From the human T2T-CHM13v2.0 reference genome, Homo sapiens: 64,000 nucleotides of DNA. Both the position numbers and the translations under genes were made by a program. The stretch lies in NCBI RefSeq assembly GCF_009914755.1, contig NC_060947.1. One strand, 5' to 3'. Under the pieces are notes generated by a model. The model saw nothing but the letters and a program-made list of their open reading frames with translations, made no database searches and had not been told where the DNA came from. Below are positions 1-12,339 of the stretch, piece after piece. How positions within the stretch are numbered: position 1 is the stretch's first letter; every line of letters starts with the position of its first letter.

Positions 1-912
1 AGTCAATGTGTAAGAATCAAAGAGTCAGAATTATCATCTCAGTGGAACAATTCTGCTGGCTTCCACTCCTGAAACTTTCCACCAAATGGAATAATCAGCA
101 CCTTCTTTTAATCCTGCAGAATCAATGCCTCAGTGTACAAAAGCAACAGCAACAAAGTTAAAGTTTGGAAATGTCTCTCCTCTACATAATAAATGGAGCA
201 TTCCCAGCGCACTTACTTTAAAGCATTGTGGAAAAAAATAATGAACGTCAGTCACACAGTTTTATCCACTGCGGCATTCTCAAATCCTTAGATGGGGAGT
301 TGTAAAAACCAAAAAACACCACTGACAAGGTCGTCAAGCTGTTTGACAAACCATAATTAATTCTCAGGTCAACAGAAAGCATCTCGATAAAAGCTGTGAC
401 TGAAAATACTCCAGGTTTCACAGGTCTGCACTGCAAAAAACAGTTACCCCAAAATATGAATGTCAGGAGTGGAGTGGGCTTTTGTCGTTGACGCACAACA
501 CAGCGGGTTCTGTTCTTAACACATCTGCAAGTCCTTATTCTGCCCTTCGTTTGCCCTTGAACCAGCCCTCTGAGAAAGACTAATCATCACAAAATACAGA
601 TTTCACCAAGTCATCTCTCTCTTGGAGAGTTGACAGGGCATATGTGAACCCTTCAATTTTACAAGACCCTCCAAGAGACTAACTCCTGCAAATCCAACTT
701 CCTATTTTGCCTTCTGTGTCTCTTTGAAGCTGAGGATTTCAATGCACAGGCTCACCCGCAAAAGAGGGTCGTGGAGCCTCTTTGCCTCTAGGCCCTTTTG
801 TTTGACTCTTAATCTAATGAAGGTAGATGTTTCTTTTCTCTTGATTATATCTCCCAGGACTAAACATAGATGGAGAGAGAAGTAGAATCCACCAGTTTTT
901 GCAGAAAGATAG

Positions 913-1040
913 AGCCAAGTGCGGTGGCTCGCACCAGTAATCCCAGTATTTCAGGAGGTCAGTCCGAAGGATCCCTTGAGCCCAGGCGTTCGAGACCAGC
1001 CTGCGCAACATAGTGAGACCCCGTCTCTTAAAAAGAAAAA
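913..1040 (+). mobile_element. Free left Alu monomer (FLAM_C-like)
   Basis: GCGGTGGCTC...GTTCGAGACCAGCCTG...GAGACCCCGTCTCT plus A tail; no right arm follows. Confidence 0.85.
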
Positions 1041-1568
1041 TATGTGTATAGAAAGTTCTCATCACAGACAAAGCCCTGTAAGGAAAGGAAAGAATCATCC
1101 CTGAAAAAGATCTTATCCTTTCTTAACAATGCTTGAGACACAGCAAGGTGCATTAAACAAAGGCAATTAATTAACACTTCAAAAAATGTAAAAATGCTGG
1201 GTTCTGACTTACAAATAAAAACAGGGAATGGGAGCGGGGTTAGAAACAGCTAAGGTGCATTCATCATAACTCATAAAACAAAATGAGTTCCCACCAACAA
1301 GTTCAGCTTTTAATGTGGGACATGTCTTTTCCTGCTTTCTCTGCTAGTCCCTTTCATAGAAATGATTTATCTGTTTAAATCGCTGCTGCATAATAAAGAA
1401 AAGTCTGTTTTGAAAATTAAATAATGCACTTTGCTTTATTTTGCCCATTTAAAATTACTTCTAATTTTGTAAGCTTGTCATGAACTGGCGTAAGCAGATA
1501 TGTTAAAAATTGGGGGTATTCCTTTTTCATTGCAGGGATAGTGTTTAAAATTATGGAGATAAATCACG

Positions 1569-1952
<384 letters not shown>

Positions 1953-2145
1953 CTAACAATCTGTGATTCTGTTTTCCAATTTCATCATGAGTATCCCAAC
2001 AAACTGTACTTCAAATTCAATGCAGGCAATTTAGTAGACACTGAAGCATATTTTTACCTTTCCAAATTGGAAGTGGATAACAAGGTAACAATAGCACTGT
2101 CCCTGGAGCCATCCTGTCCTGTCTACTCCCAGTGAAGTGAAATAG

Positions 2146-2472
<327 letters not shown>

Positions 2473-3090
2473 TAATTTGAAGAGAGAATTTTTTTCCTGT
2501 CATATAGGTGTTGGAAGGATGTCAGATGAGAGCTGGGATGGGGAGAGGAAGTAAGGAGGAAAGATAAGCAGCTCCCTTCCATTCTGACCTGCTGTGGCAA
2601 GAATCCCGGGACTAGCAAGACCAACAGGATGCAGCTGGCTTCACTGAACATAATTTGCTATTAGCATCTTCAGGAACACACACTGCTGGATAAATTCCCT
2701 TCCAGGAGAGGCCACAACTGACCACTACATGGAAGAGACAGCTGCTTCTTCACTAGCCAATGAGGCATCCCCACCCAAGTGTGACCAAATGCCTCTGAGG
2801 CTCAGCCCCTCACTCCAGAATGCCCCCAGGTACCTGAGGATGCTCCAGATTTGGGGGCTGCACCGTCTGTGGTTTCTCTACATTAAACAGTATTTTTGTG
2901 GAGTCAGGGGTGAGGGAGTATGGTTTACTTTTAAATATAGTTTTGCAAACTCCTCTGTTTGGTTTTTGTTTGTTTGTTTTTCATAAGCTATGTTTAAAGT
3001 CAATAGAGAAAAGGTAAATGCATACCCTGGAATTATTCAGCAATAGAATAACACCAATCAAATTCTGTCCAGATAAATGAGGCATTTGAA

Positions 3091-3380
3091 TTCTTTTTAA
3101 GAGATGGAGTGTCACTCTGTTGCCCAGGCTGCAATGCAGTAGTGAGGTCATAGCTCACTGCAGCCTCAAACTCCTGATATACTCCTCAAGTGAGCCTTAC
3201 ACCTCAGCCTCCTGAGTAACAGGGACTACAGACATGCACCACCACACCTGACTTATTTTTAAATTTTTTTCGTATGGATGGTGTTTCCTAGACTGGTCTC
3301 AAAGTCCTGGGCTCAAGTAACCCTCCTTCCTTGGCCTCTCAAAATGCTGGAATTACAGGCATGAGCCACTGTACCCAGCC
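3091..3380 (-). mobile_element. AluJ
   Basis: Diverged dimeric Alu with CATAGCTCACTGCAGCCTC and CCTGGGCTCAAG; CATTTGAA on both flanks. Confidence 0.88.
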
Positions 3381-4770
3381 ACATTTGAACTTTTTACAAA
3401 TACTGCTACAGCATTACAGGTAGAATAATTATTCTTTGAAAAACCTTCAGGAAGATGTGCTCCCCAATAAAAAGTGAGCTATGTATGCATATGTAAATGT
3501 ATGTGTATTTTACATATACAAATATATGTATATAATTTACATATGTATTTATAACATCAGGATACATGTTGGTCTAGAAAGAAACAATTTTTTATTATTT
3601 GGGATCTTACTAGATTAAATGCCTAAATACATTTGATTGTGAAATGACTAGACACATAACTTCTTGTGTAATTTTAAGTTAATTTTTATAAATTATGTCA
3701 TATTCTGGTTATTCACTTACGGGAGGCTTATCAATTGAGATATCAAATAAATCCTGGAAGGTTATTTTACTGGTGAAATTGTCATGACAGACTGAATCAT
3801 AGTACACAACCACTGTCACACAAATTCTATGGGAAGCCATGTGTGATTTATTGTTCTGTCCTCATAATATGGTACCGTTTAATCTCTACCATGAACCTAG
3901 ATTGTCAGAAGATTTTTTTTTTGAGGTATTGATTCCCTCACTAGGGTTGGTTGGTTGGTTTTATGCTGCAACAAATTCAGATTTTCCCCACTTTCTACTA
4001 CTGCCATTCCTGTGTCTGCTTTATGTTTTCAGTCTCTGCACAGGTAACTGGTATTTAACTTCCATGTAACTTGTTACCCTTTCTCCCTGGGTCATCCTTA
4101 CTGTTTGTTACTGTTTGAGACAGCATGAGGGGCCTTGTCTTGACCTTCCTACTGGGTTACATTTTAGCTAGTAACCAGAACCCTCTGTGGTAACAGGCAA
4201 CTAGAAACCCAAATGTAAGGGTTTTGATTGTGGTTTACTTATATTTGTTTTCATTGCTGTTGCTATTTTCTAAATGTCTTGTCTACTTCTCATTGGTTCT
4301 GATGCACTAAGTCTATCCGTTCCGCCTAATTCCCTGTAATGGCATCTACATTATTCATTTCTTCCCACAGCATACAGTTGGCATGTGGGTAAATTTGCAA
4401 TACGGGCATGCATGTTAAGGCTTCTTCAGCCAACAGAGCAAGCCTGCTACCTCAAGGCTAGGACAAACCTACCCTCAAAAGCATTACCTAAGACAAGCAG
4501 CCTTCTCCCCTCCCTCAAGAATCATATTAACTCCATGATGTTTATCAAATACTTTCATCTCCTTGCTCATCAACTGTAGTAGTCGGTCTGTTGAAGAAGT
4601 TAAAATCGAACTATATAATTACCCTCTGAGAATTCGAACATGAACCTAATTCCTAATATTTGGGCTATGTAGCTCTGATGATTTTGCCCTTAACTATTTA
4701 AGAAAGATGTATGAAGACTGAATCAAGCTGTTGTTTTCCTTAACTTTTGAAATAGGACATGAGAGATTAA

Positions 4771-4772
<2 letters not shown>

Positions 4773-4808
<36 letters not shown>
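4773..4808. repeat. (CA)n microsatellite
   Basis: Direct reading. Confidence 0.95.
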
Positions 4809-4809
<1 letters not shown>

Positions 4810-5319
4810 AGAAGAAAAATTCTGGTAAAACTTATTTGTTCTTAAACATAAAACCAGAGGTGCAAAATAACATTAGTGTATGGTTAATATAGGAAAGATA
4901 AGCAATTTCATCTTCTTTGTACCCCACTTATTGGTACTCAACAAGTTTTGAATAAATTCGTGAAATAAAGAAAAAAACCAACAAGTTCATATCTCCAAGT
5001 AGTCTTGGTAATTTAAACACTTTCAAGTATCTTCATACCCTGTTAGTACTTCTTTCTGCTCTGTGTCAACAGAAGTATTCTCAACACTCTTGTGGTTAAT
5101 TTGGTTAAAACTCATTACAAAGAACCCTAAGTTATCCGTCACAGCTGCTAAACCCATTAGTACAGGAGACTTTAAGGCCATAATGTGTCCATTTTCAGGA
5201 TATAATTGAAGAGAGGCAAATGATATATGGTTTTCCAAAAATATTGGACCAGGCAGCCTCTTCAAGAAAGAATCCCTGATTCGGGAGTTCTTATACTTTT
5301 TCAAGAAATAATATATAGT

Positions 5320-5436
5320 AAAATCCATATACATCTATAATAAATATATTCCAATGTATATATATTGTATATATATAGTTCTTGTTCTTTTGTATGAAAA
5401 GTACATGCAAATTTTATATGTATATACATATATACG

Positions 5437-5470
<34 letters not shown>

Positions 5471-5500
5471 TATACACACACACAAACCATATATATAGTT
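5320..5500. repeat. TA/TG/CA low-complexity tract
   Basis: Direct reading; includes (TG)5(TA)7(CA)5 at 5451-5484. Confidence 0.9.
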
Positions 5501-5601
5501 TGACATGCATTTTCCAAAAGAAACTATATTGTATGTGGTGAATGAACTTCCAGGCTGGTTCACAGGAGCTATTGTTAGTTAATGGTGCACAGAAACCACA
5601 G

Positions 5602-5843
5602 CTTCCTTCCCTCTTCCCTTCCTTTCTTCTTTCCTTCCTTCCTTCCCTCCTTCCTTCCTTCTTTTTCTCTTCTTTCTTTCCTTCCTTCTTTCCTTCTTTC
5701 CTTCATTCCCTCCCTCTCTCCTTCCTTTTTCTCTTCTTTCTTTCCTTCCTTTCTTCTTTCCCTCCTTCCCTCCTTCTCTCCTTCCCTTCGATCTATCATC
5801 CTTCTCCCTCCCTCCCTGCTTCCTTTCTTCCTTCCTTTTCTCT

Positions 5844-5875
<32 letters not shown>

Positions 5876-5995
5876 TTCCTTCCTTCCTTCTTTCCTTCCC
5901 TCCCTTCCTCCCTTCGTTCCTCCATCCCTTCCTTCTTCCTTCCGTCCTTTCTTCCTTCCTTCTTCCCTTCCTTCTTTCTTCCCTCATTCCTTTAT
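5602..5995. repeat. About 400 bp polypyrimidine/polypurine (CCTT/CTTT)n tract
   Basis: Almost pure C/T on the plus strand; source of spurious F/L/S/P and R/K/E/G ORFs. Confidence 0.95.
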
Positions 5996-6988
5996 TCTAT
6001 TTGGATGAGTGACAAGGTCTCAGGGATCCTTAAAGTATTAAAGAGAAAATGAAGATAATTCTATAGAATAACAGATCAAATAGGAAAGAGTAATGAAAAG
6101 AAAGACTCCTGGAATGACAAAGAAGCATGTTCATGACAATTTAATAGAATTTCCCACATGCCATATTTGTATAGCTGGTTATATTTTAAAACTTTGTCAA
6201 ACCCTATATTTATAAAACCTTGATTTTGATTTTAGTAAATTCTATGAATAAATGCATACATAAAGCAGATTACTTTGATTCGACAAAAACATACAGGCAC
6301 CTGTGAGCTTTTTTTTTTTTTATGTGGTAGTGGAAACAGCCTCATTAATTAATGGCTATTTCCTATATTCTTTTTAAAATTAATAAGCAACAGTCAGATA
6401 TTTCAGCATTTTTAAGGCATGAACAATACCTTGGATTCTAATATATTTTAGTCTAAAATATCTGGTAACATCACAGATAATTGTTTCAAACTCTACCACC
6501 CCTCACACAATTTATTTTTCAACAATTTAAAGTCTTTTAGAATAATGAGATAACCTTAAAAATAGACAACATTACTCATACTGGTGAGCTAGGATTGCTT
6601 AAAGATGAGGCATAGATTGCATTGTCTCAGAGGAAAATATTTCTCAGAGGGACCAAGAGAAATAAAGGTGAGAATCTTCTACAAAGGCAGATAAAAGGGT
6701 TATGAGTTTAGCGTTGGTAAAGGGTGCCTAGTTTGATCTTTGTAAAAGTTGTCTATTTCTCCATACAAGTACACAACATTGCACAATATTGATGGACAAG
6801 AGAGGGTAGAATTTTGTCACACATAGATAGTTTCACTATAAACATAGGCGGTAACACCTTTTTTGGAACTAGTACTCAAATTAGAAAAAAAAAGCTTCCA
6901 GGAGACCTAGAGAAAATGGACACCTGTCCCTTAAACACATACTTTCTACTTACTTAGGTCTCATGTTAACGAATGTCTTCACTCCTAA

Positions 6989-7343
<355 letters not shown>

Positions 7344-7358
7344 TAACTTTCATTGTAC

Positions 7359-7601
7359 ATTTTCTATTTTTATTTATTATTTATTTATTTATTTATTTAT
7401 ATTTTTAGAGATAGGGTCTTGCTCTGTCTCCCAGGCTGGAGTACACTGGCGTAATCATAGCTCACTGCAGCCCTGAACTCCTGGGCTCAAGTGATCCTCC
7501 CACCTCAGCTGGAACCACAGGTACTTGCCATCAGGCCCGGCTAATTTGTTTTTAATTTTTGTTTCTTTGTGGAGTTGGGGTCTCACTCTATTACCCAGGC
7601 C
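7359..7601 (-). mobile_element. 5'-truncated AluJ with (TTTA)n tail
   Basis: GAGATAGGGTCTTGCTCTGTC...CATAGCTCACTGCAGCC...CTGGGCTCAAGTGATCC. Confidence 0.85.
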
Positions 7602-7685
7602 AGATGTTATGAGTTGTTTAATATAGATTTGGTGAATGATGAGGATAAGAAAAAGAAAATAATGGAAAACCACATTTTTCCTTCT

Positions 7686-7690
<5 letters not shown>

Positions 7691-7728
<38 letters not shown>
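7691..7728. repeat. (TA)n microsatellite
   Basis: Direct reading. Confidence 0.95.
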
Positions 7729-7732
<4 letters not shown>

Positions 7733-8969
7733 CTTTTATCTAATGTGTTGCAATGGCTGAGAAAAACATTTTCAGCAAAGACTAGTTCCTAGTTAATGTG
7801 TTAGCATATGCATACATGTATGTGTATACACCCGCTCATACACACTGCCATTCTTACCATGTAGCTTCAGGGCATGAGGGCATATTGTCTCACTTAGGAA
7901 AACAGTTAACAATGACATATTTTGTTTGTGAAAACATGCATTTACTTTTGTGAGTTTCCCCACCTAACCCATTCACAGAGTTATAGTCACAGAGAGTACT
8001 GAAGAGTGGAATAAGTTAAAGGCACTCAGTTGCAGCGAGCTTCTTCTGCCCCCATCCCCCATGCTTTTGAGACCACAGTTCCATGCTGAACAGCTCTGAC
8101 CATTGGAGTCACACGGCATGCCTCACTGAGTTCTTGGACTTGCCCGTCCCATACTCCAGAGCCACATATTGGTGGTGTTGAAATACTAAACATGGAAAAT
8201 GGCACCGCATGCAACTTCACCACAGCCATCATCACAGAACCAAAGAGGCCTTTTCTGCACTTTACAAAAACAAACCACAATTCACCATAGCTCTTTTATC
8301 AGTGCCAATAACACTTTTAGTAACCTCAGTCCTTTCTTTTTTAAAGGATCCAAAAACTTACCAAGTAATGCAACTTGAAACAACCCAAGTTCCTTTTCAG
8401 CTTATATGACAGGCTAAGTTTCACTCCTGAAAAAGGTGCCCTTAGCAAAATCCGTGTCCCCTCTCCCCAACCAAAGCATACAAACAACCAAACAAAAACA
8501 AACAGAAAATGAGCCTGGATGAAGGGTTGATGTGGGAGCCGGACAGATGCCCACAGATGTTAATAAAATCACATGTCTGGGGTGATGGCTTTGAGATCCA
8601 AGTTTTCATCATCCAATCAGGTACCAGCCTCTTAAAACCAAAATGATCACCGATATTAACAGGTGGAGCTAAGAAAGTCCTGTTGTAAGCCAAAAATAGC
8701 ACTCTGTTACTTTGACAAACCATGATTTCTTTATATAATATACATTTTAAATAAAACAACCCAAACAAAATTCTGGGCCATTTATCCACATTTCCAGAGA
8801 GCAGTGAAAGCCTAGATCGTTTCATTAGCACTATACTGAAATTAACATTTCTCTCTTTGAAATGTATTCCTCAACTAATGAGGACCTAAATGTTCATTGT
8901 ACTTCATCTCCTTTCTAAATTATGGAGGATTACTCTTTTCCTGTCTCAAATAAATTCAATAAAACCTCA

Positions 8970-9346
8970 TGATATGGTTTGGCTTTGTCCCCACCAAACC
9001 TCATCTTGGATTGTAGCTCCCATAATCCCCACGTGTCGTGGAGGGATGTGGTGGGAAGTAATTGAATCATGGGGGCAGTTTGCCCCATGCTATTCTTATG
9101 ATAGTGAGTAAGTTCTCACAAGATCTGTTGATTTTATAAGGGGTTTCCCCCTTCACTCGGTTCTCATTCCTCTCCTTCCTGCCATCATGTGAAGAAGGAA
9201 GTATTTGCTTCCCCTTCCACCATGATTGTAAGTTTCCTGAGGCCTCTCCAGCCATGCTGAACTGTGAGTCATTTAAACCTCTTTCCTTTACAAATTACCC
9301 AGTCTTGGGTATGTCTTTTTTAGCAGCCTGAGAATGGATTAATACA
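8970..9346 (+). mobile_element. Solo MaLR LTR (THE1D/MSTA-like) with 5-bp TSD
   Basis: TGATATGGTTTGG...CCATGATTGTAAGTTTCCTGAGGCC...TAATACA; TSD CCTCA at 8965-8969 and 9347-9351. Confidence 0.92.
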
Positions 9347-11273
9347 CCTCATCTCACTATATATATAATAATAAGATATATAGTGTATTTTTATATACAT
9401 GATGCAGACCTTACTATAATATGTATTACCATATATATATTATATAGTAGGATACATATCTTACTATATATAGTTTTTTATATACGTATTTTAGTATTGT
9501 TGGGGTTAGGTCTGTTCTCCTTCAGGTACCATTTCTGGGAAGATGAGAGTGCCTTGGGAAGATGTGGTGTATGGAGGTGTTCCGCACACACCTGGGACAC
9601 GTGAACTGAACACGAGATGTCTAAAGTTTGAAATCTCAGCCCGAGGTAGATGGGCTGTTTTCCACCACCAACCTTCCACTCCCGTAATGATTTTATGAGG
9701 CTTTTATTTACTTATTTTTTGTTTAATGTAACCACCTGCAGAGGGAAAGCCTTTTCATCTATACATTTATTCAAAGCCTATAAATGGCACAATGACAAAC
9801 TGCTAGGAGCTATCACCTTCTTTTTTTTCTTGTTCATGTGTGCTACTGTGCTCCAAGAAAAATGAGGAAGGGCTTCCTACACTGCCGTTCACTTAACAAA
9901 GAACAGTGGAGCCTTTCAAAGTCCAAATGTAGGTTGTTTAGAGAAAAATGACAGAACTGGAAAATATTCGTTGAGTGAATGGTAGTAGAGAGCACAGCAG
10001 ATGACCTAATTGCCTCAGCAGCCTGGGCTTCAATTTTGATTCTCACTTCCTCTAATTGACTGTGCAAAAGATGTATCTTTGATTTAAAACTGGTAGCTCA
10101 GGAGTTTAAGAAATCAGTGGTGGCTATTCAAATCTGTCTGAATATCCATTCACATAATTAAATAGGAGACGAAGTCTCTCCTCTGAAAAAGTACAGTACT
10201 CAGACAAAAACACACACAAAAAGAGCAACAGATTTAAACTAAACTGAACATATTTCCCCATTTGGGAATAGAATACATATTGTTAAAAGGCAGAAAGCAG
10301 TACAGAAAGAATACATTCTGGTTTACAAACTAAAATCGTGTCTCTTACACTTGACATTCACATCTTAAGACCAACTCTCACCTTATTTGGAATATAAGTA
10401 TATTTTAACCAGATAAGCCTATCTTTAGAAGGAGGATACTAAAGGACTTAAAATATTTGTATATTGCTACTTCATTTGAATGCAATGCATTCGCTCAACA
10501 AGTTGCATTATTGGCAATATTCAACAGTATTACAAAAGGTTTGAAATGTGGCGTACCAATTAAAAAGAAAGAATGTTAAACGGAGGTCATTCCCTCGTGC
10601 ACTTGAATGTTTAGTTTTTTGAGAACCTTTTGGTTGTGGTCTAGAAATAAAAGCACAGTATTCCAAATGGCTTTTAAAGAGACCCCTGCACTTCCAAAAG
10701 CAAGTCTCTGTTGCGGAGTCAGTCAACACTCTCATCTTTGTGGAGAGACTATAAGCTTTCCACAAATTACTACACACAAAACAATGAAATAGCCAAGTTC
10801 ACAAATTTTAAAAAATCTATATATTTACCATTAGGCTACATTCCAGGCCAACAACTATGAACTTTCAAATTCTTTCAAGTCTGCTTGTAAATTTCACAGC
10901 ATCAAGATAACTTCATTATCTACCTTATGCAGCCACCAGTCCCTTATCAAGTATCTGTTACATTCTCAGGTTTGGGTAAAAATCAGCTAGGTTACTGGTT
11001 TGAGGGCCAACTGTATACTCGGCATTAGTTTATTTAAATAAAACGCAAAGAAAAGTAGCAATTCTTCCACTGGAGAAGAAAACATCAAAGCATCTTTAAA
11101 ACTGCATCCACGCACAGGCATTATTATGAAAATGCAATTATTATTCTGATTTCAAAAAAAAATGAAGCCTTCCATTTTAATCTACTGACTTAAAACTGAT
11201 GAAGTAATTTTCCACTTGCTACAACTGGCCCTGATTATGTTCTTACATGTCAAAGAAAATACTCTTTAAAATG

Positions 11274-11276
<3 letters not shown>

Positions 11277-11321
<45 letters not shown>

Positions 11322-11393
11322 TATATGTAGAAATGTAGAATGCGTGTGTGTATGTCTGTATACACACATACACACACACGCATTCTACATTTC
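11277..11393. repeat. (TA)n(CA)n microsatellite followed by a 64-bp near-perfect palindrome
   Basis: Arms 11330-11360 and 11361-11393 are reverse complements apart from one mismatch and one extra CA unit. Confidence 0.9.
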
Positions 11394-11950
11394 ATTGAGT
11401 AATAAAATACTGAATTTCTAATCTGAGAAAATACATGCTTGCAGAGTTCTCCATGAAATTCCTGTATTCTTAATTTTAGGATACACAGAAATTCCATATT
11501 TTTTTCTGGAAATACAGGGATTAATGCAACCATGTGCCATTAGCCATCCCTCCCCCACTTAACATTTTGCTCATTTCCACAGGAAAATCTATGCTGAGGA
11601 TTTAATGGATTACTGCTAACATCTTCCCCACAGCCAACTAAAGGTATGAAATAATTCTCCACTCTCCAAATCTGCCCCCACAAAACGGCAGATTTCTTTG
11701 CTATCTGATTTCACCCCGCTCTGCCATCCCCTAGGAAAAGGCTCAGTGCGTCCATTCAAACCATGCAGGTCTCTTGCAGTTTCTGCCGCTTTGTTCTCAT
11801 CAAAGTCAGGTGTTTGCACCCTGGCCATTTAATTTCTAGCTGGAGAAGGAAGCTACCCCGGATTTCTTAAGCATGCACTTCTATGTTGCCCGCAGAACGC
11901 CCACACAAACTGGCAATTCTGCTTCGTCAGGATAACGAGGTCTCCCTAAA

Positions 11951-11982
11951 CTTTTTCTTTTCCTTTTTTTTCTTTCTTTTTT

Positions 11983-12017
<35 letters not shown>
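11951..12017. repeat. Poly(dT:dA) tract, not attached to a retroelement
   Basis: T-rich 67 bp ending in a pure T33 run (11985-12017). Confidence 0.9.
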
Positions 12018-12020
<3 letters not shown>

Positions 12021-12339
12021 TTTGCCTTCCTCACATCACCGGAAGGGCTGATTCTGAGATGGGAGCTCACGCACACCACCCCCTTTCAAGAAAATATAAT
12101 GCAACGCGCTCCGATGTAAACCCTACGGGCAACGGATGCCTTCAAAAAGCATAAGATAAGAGCAACAACAACAACAACAAACCACCGCCCCCCCCAAAAA
12201 AAATGACCAAATAGAAATAAAATAAAATAAAAATAAAAAGAAGCCATACTACCACCTTGTGGATCCAGCTCGCAAGAACATCACCTGCTTAGTTCCAAAA
12301 CCCCCACCCAACCCCCACCCCAAATTTCTTAAGTTGGGT

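Noticed and set aside
4820-5334. 103-aa minus-strand ORF / possible old transposon or pseudogene fragment
   Set aside because: It starts in a TA-rich tract and has no recognisable domain; I could not assign a repeat family. A Dfam or tBLASTn search would settle it.
5542-6052. Hydrophobic or highly charged 116-156 aa ORFs (also 41972-42377)
   Set aside because: Translations of (CCTT)n / (GGAA)n simple repeats.
11330-11393. Palindrome as a pre-miRNA gene
   Set aside because: It has no proper terminal loop, microsatellite-rich arms and no recognised mature sequence; kept only as a DNA-structure finding.
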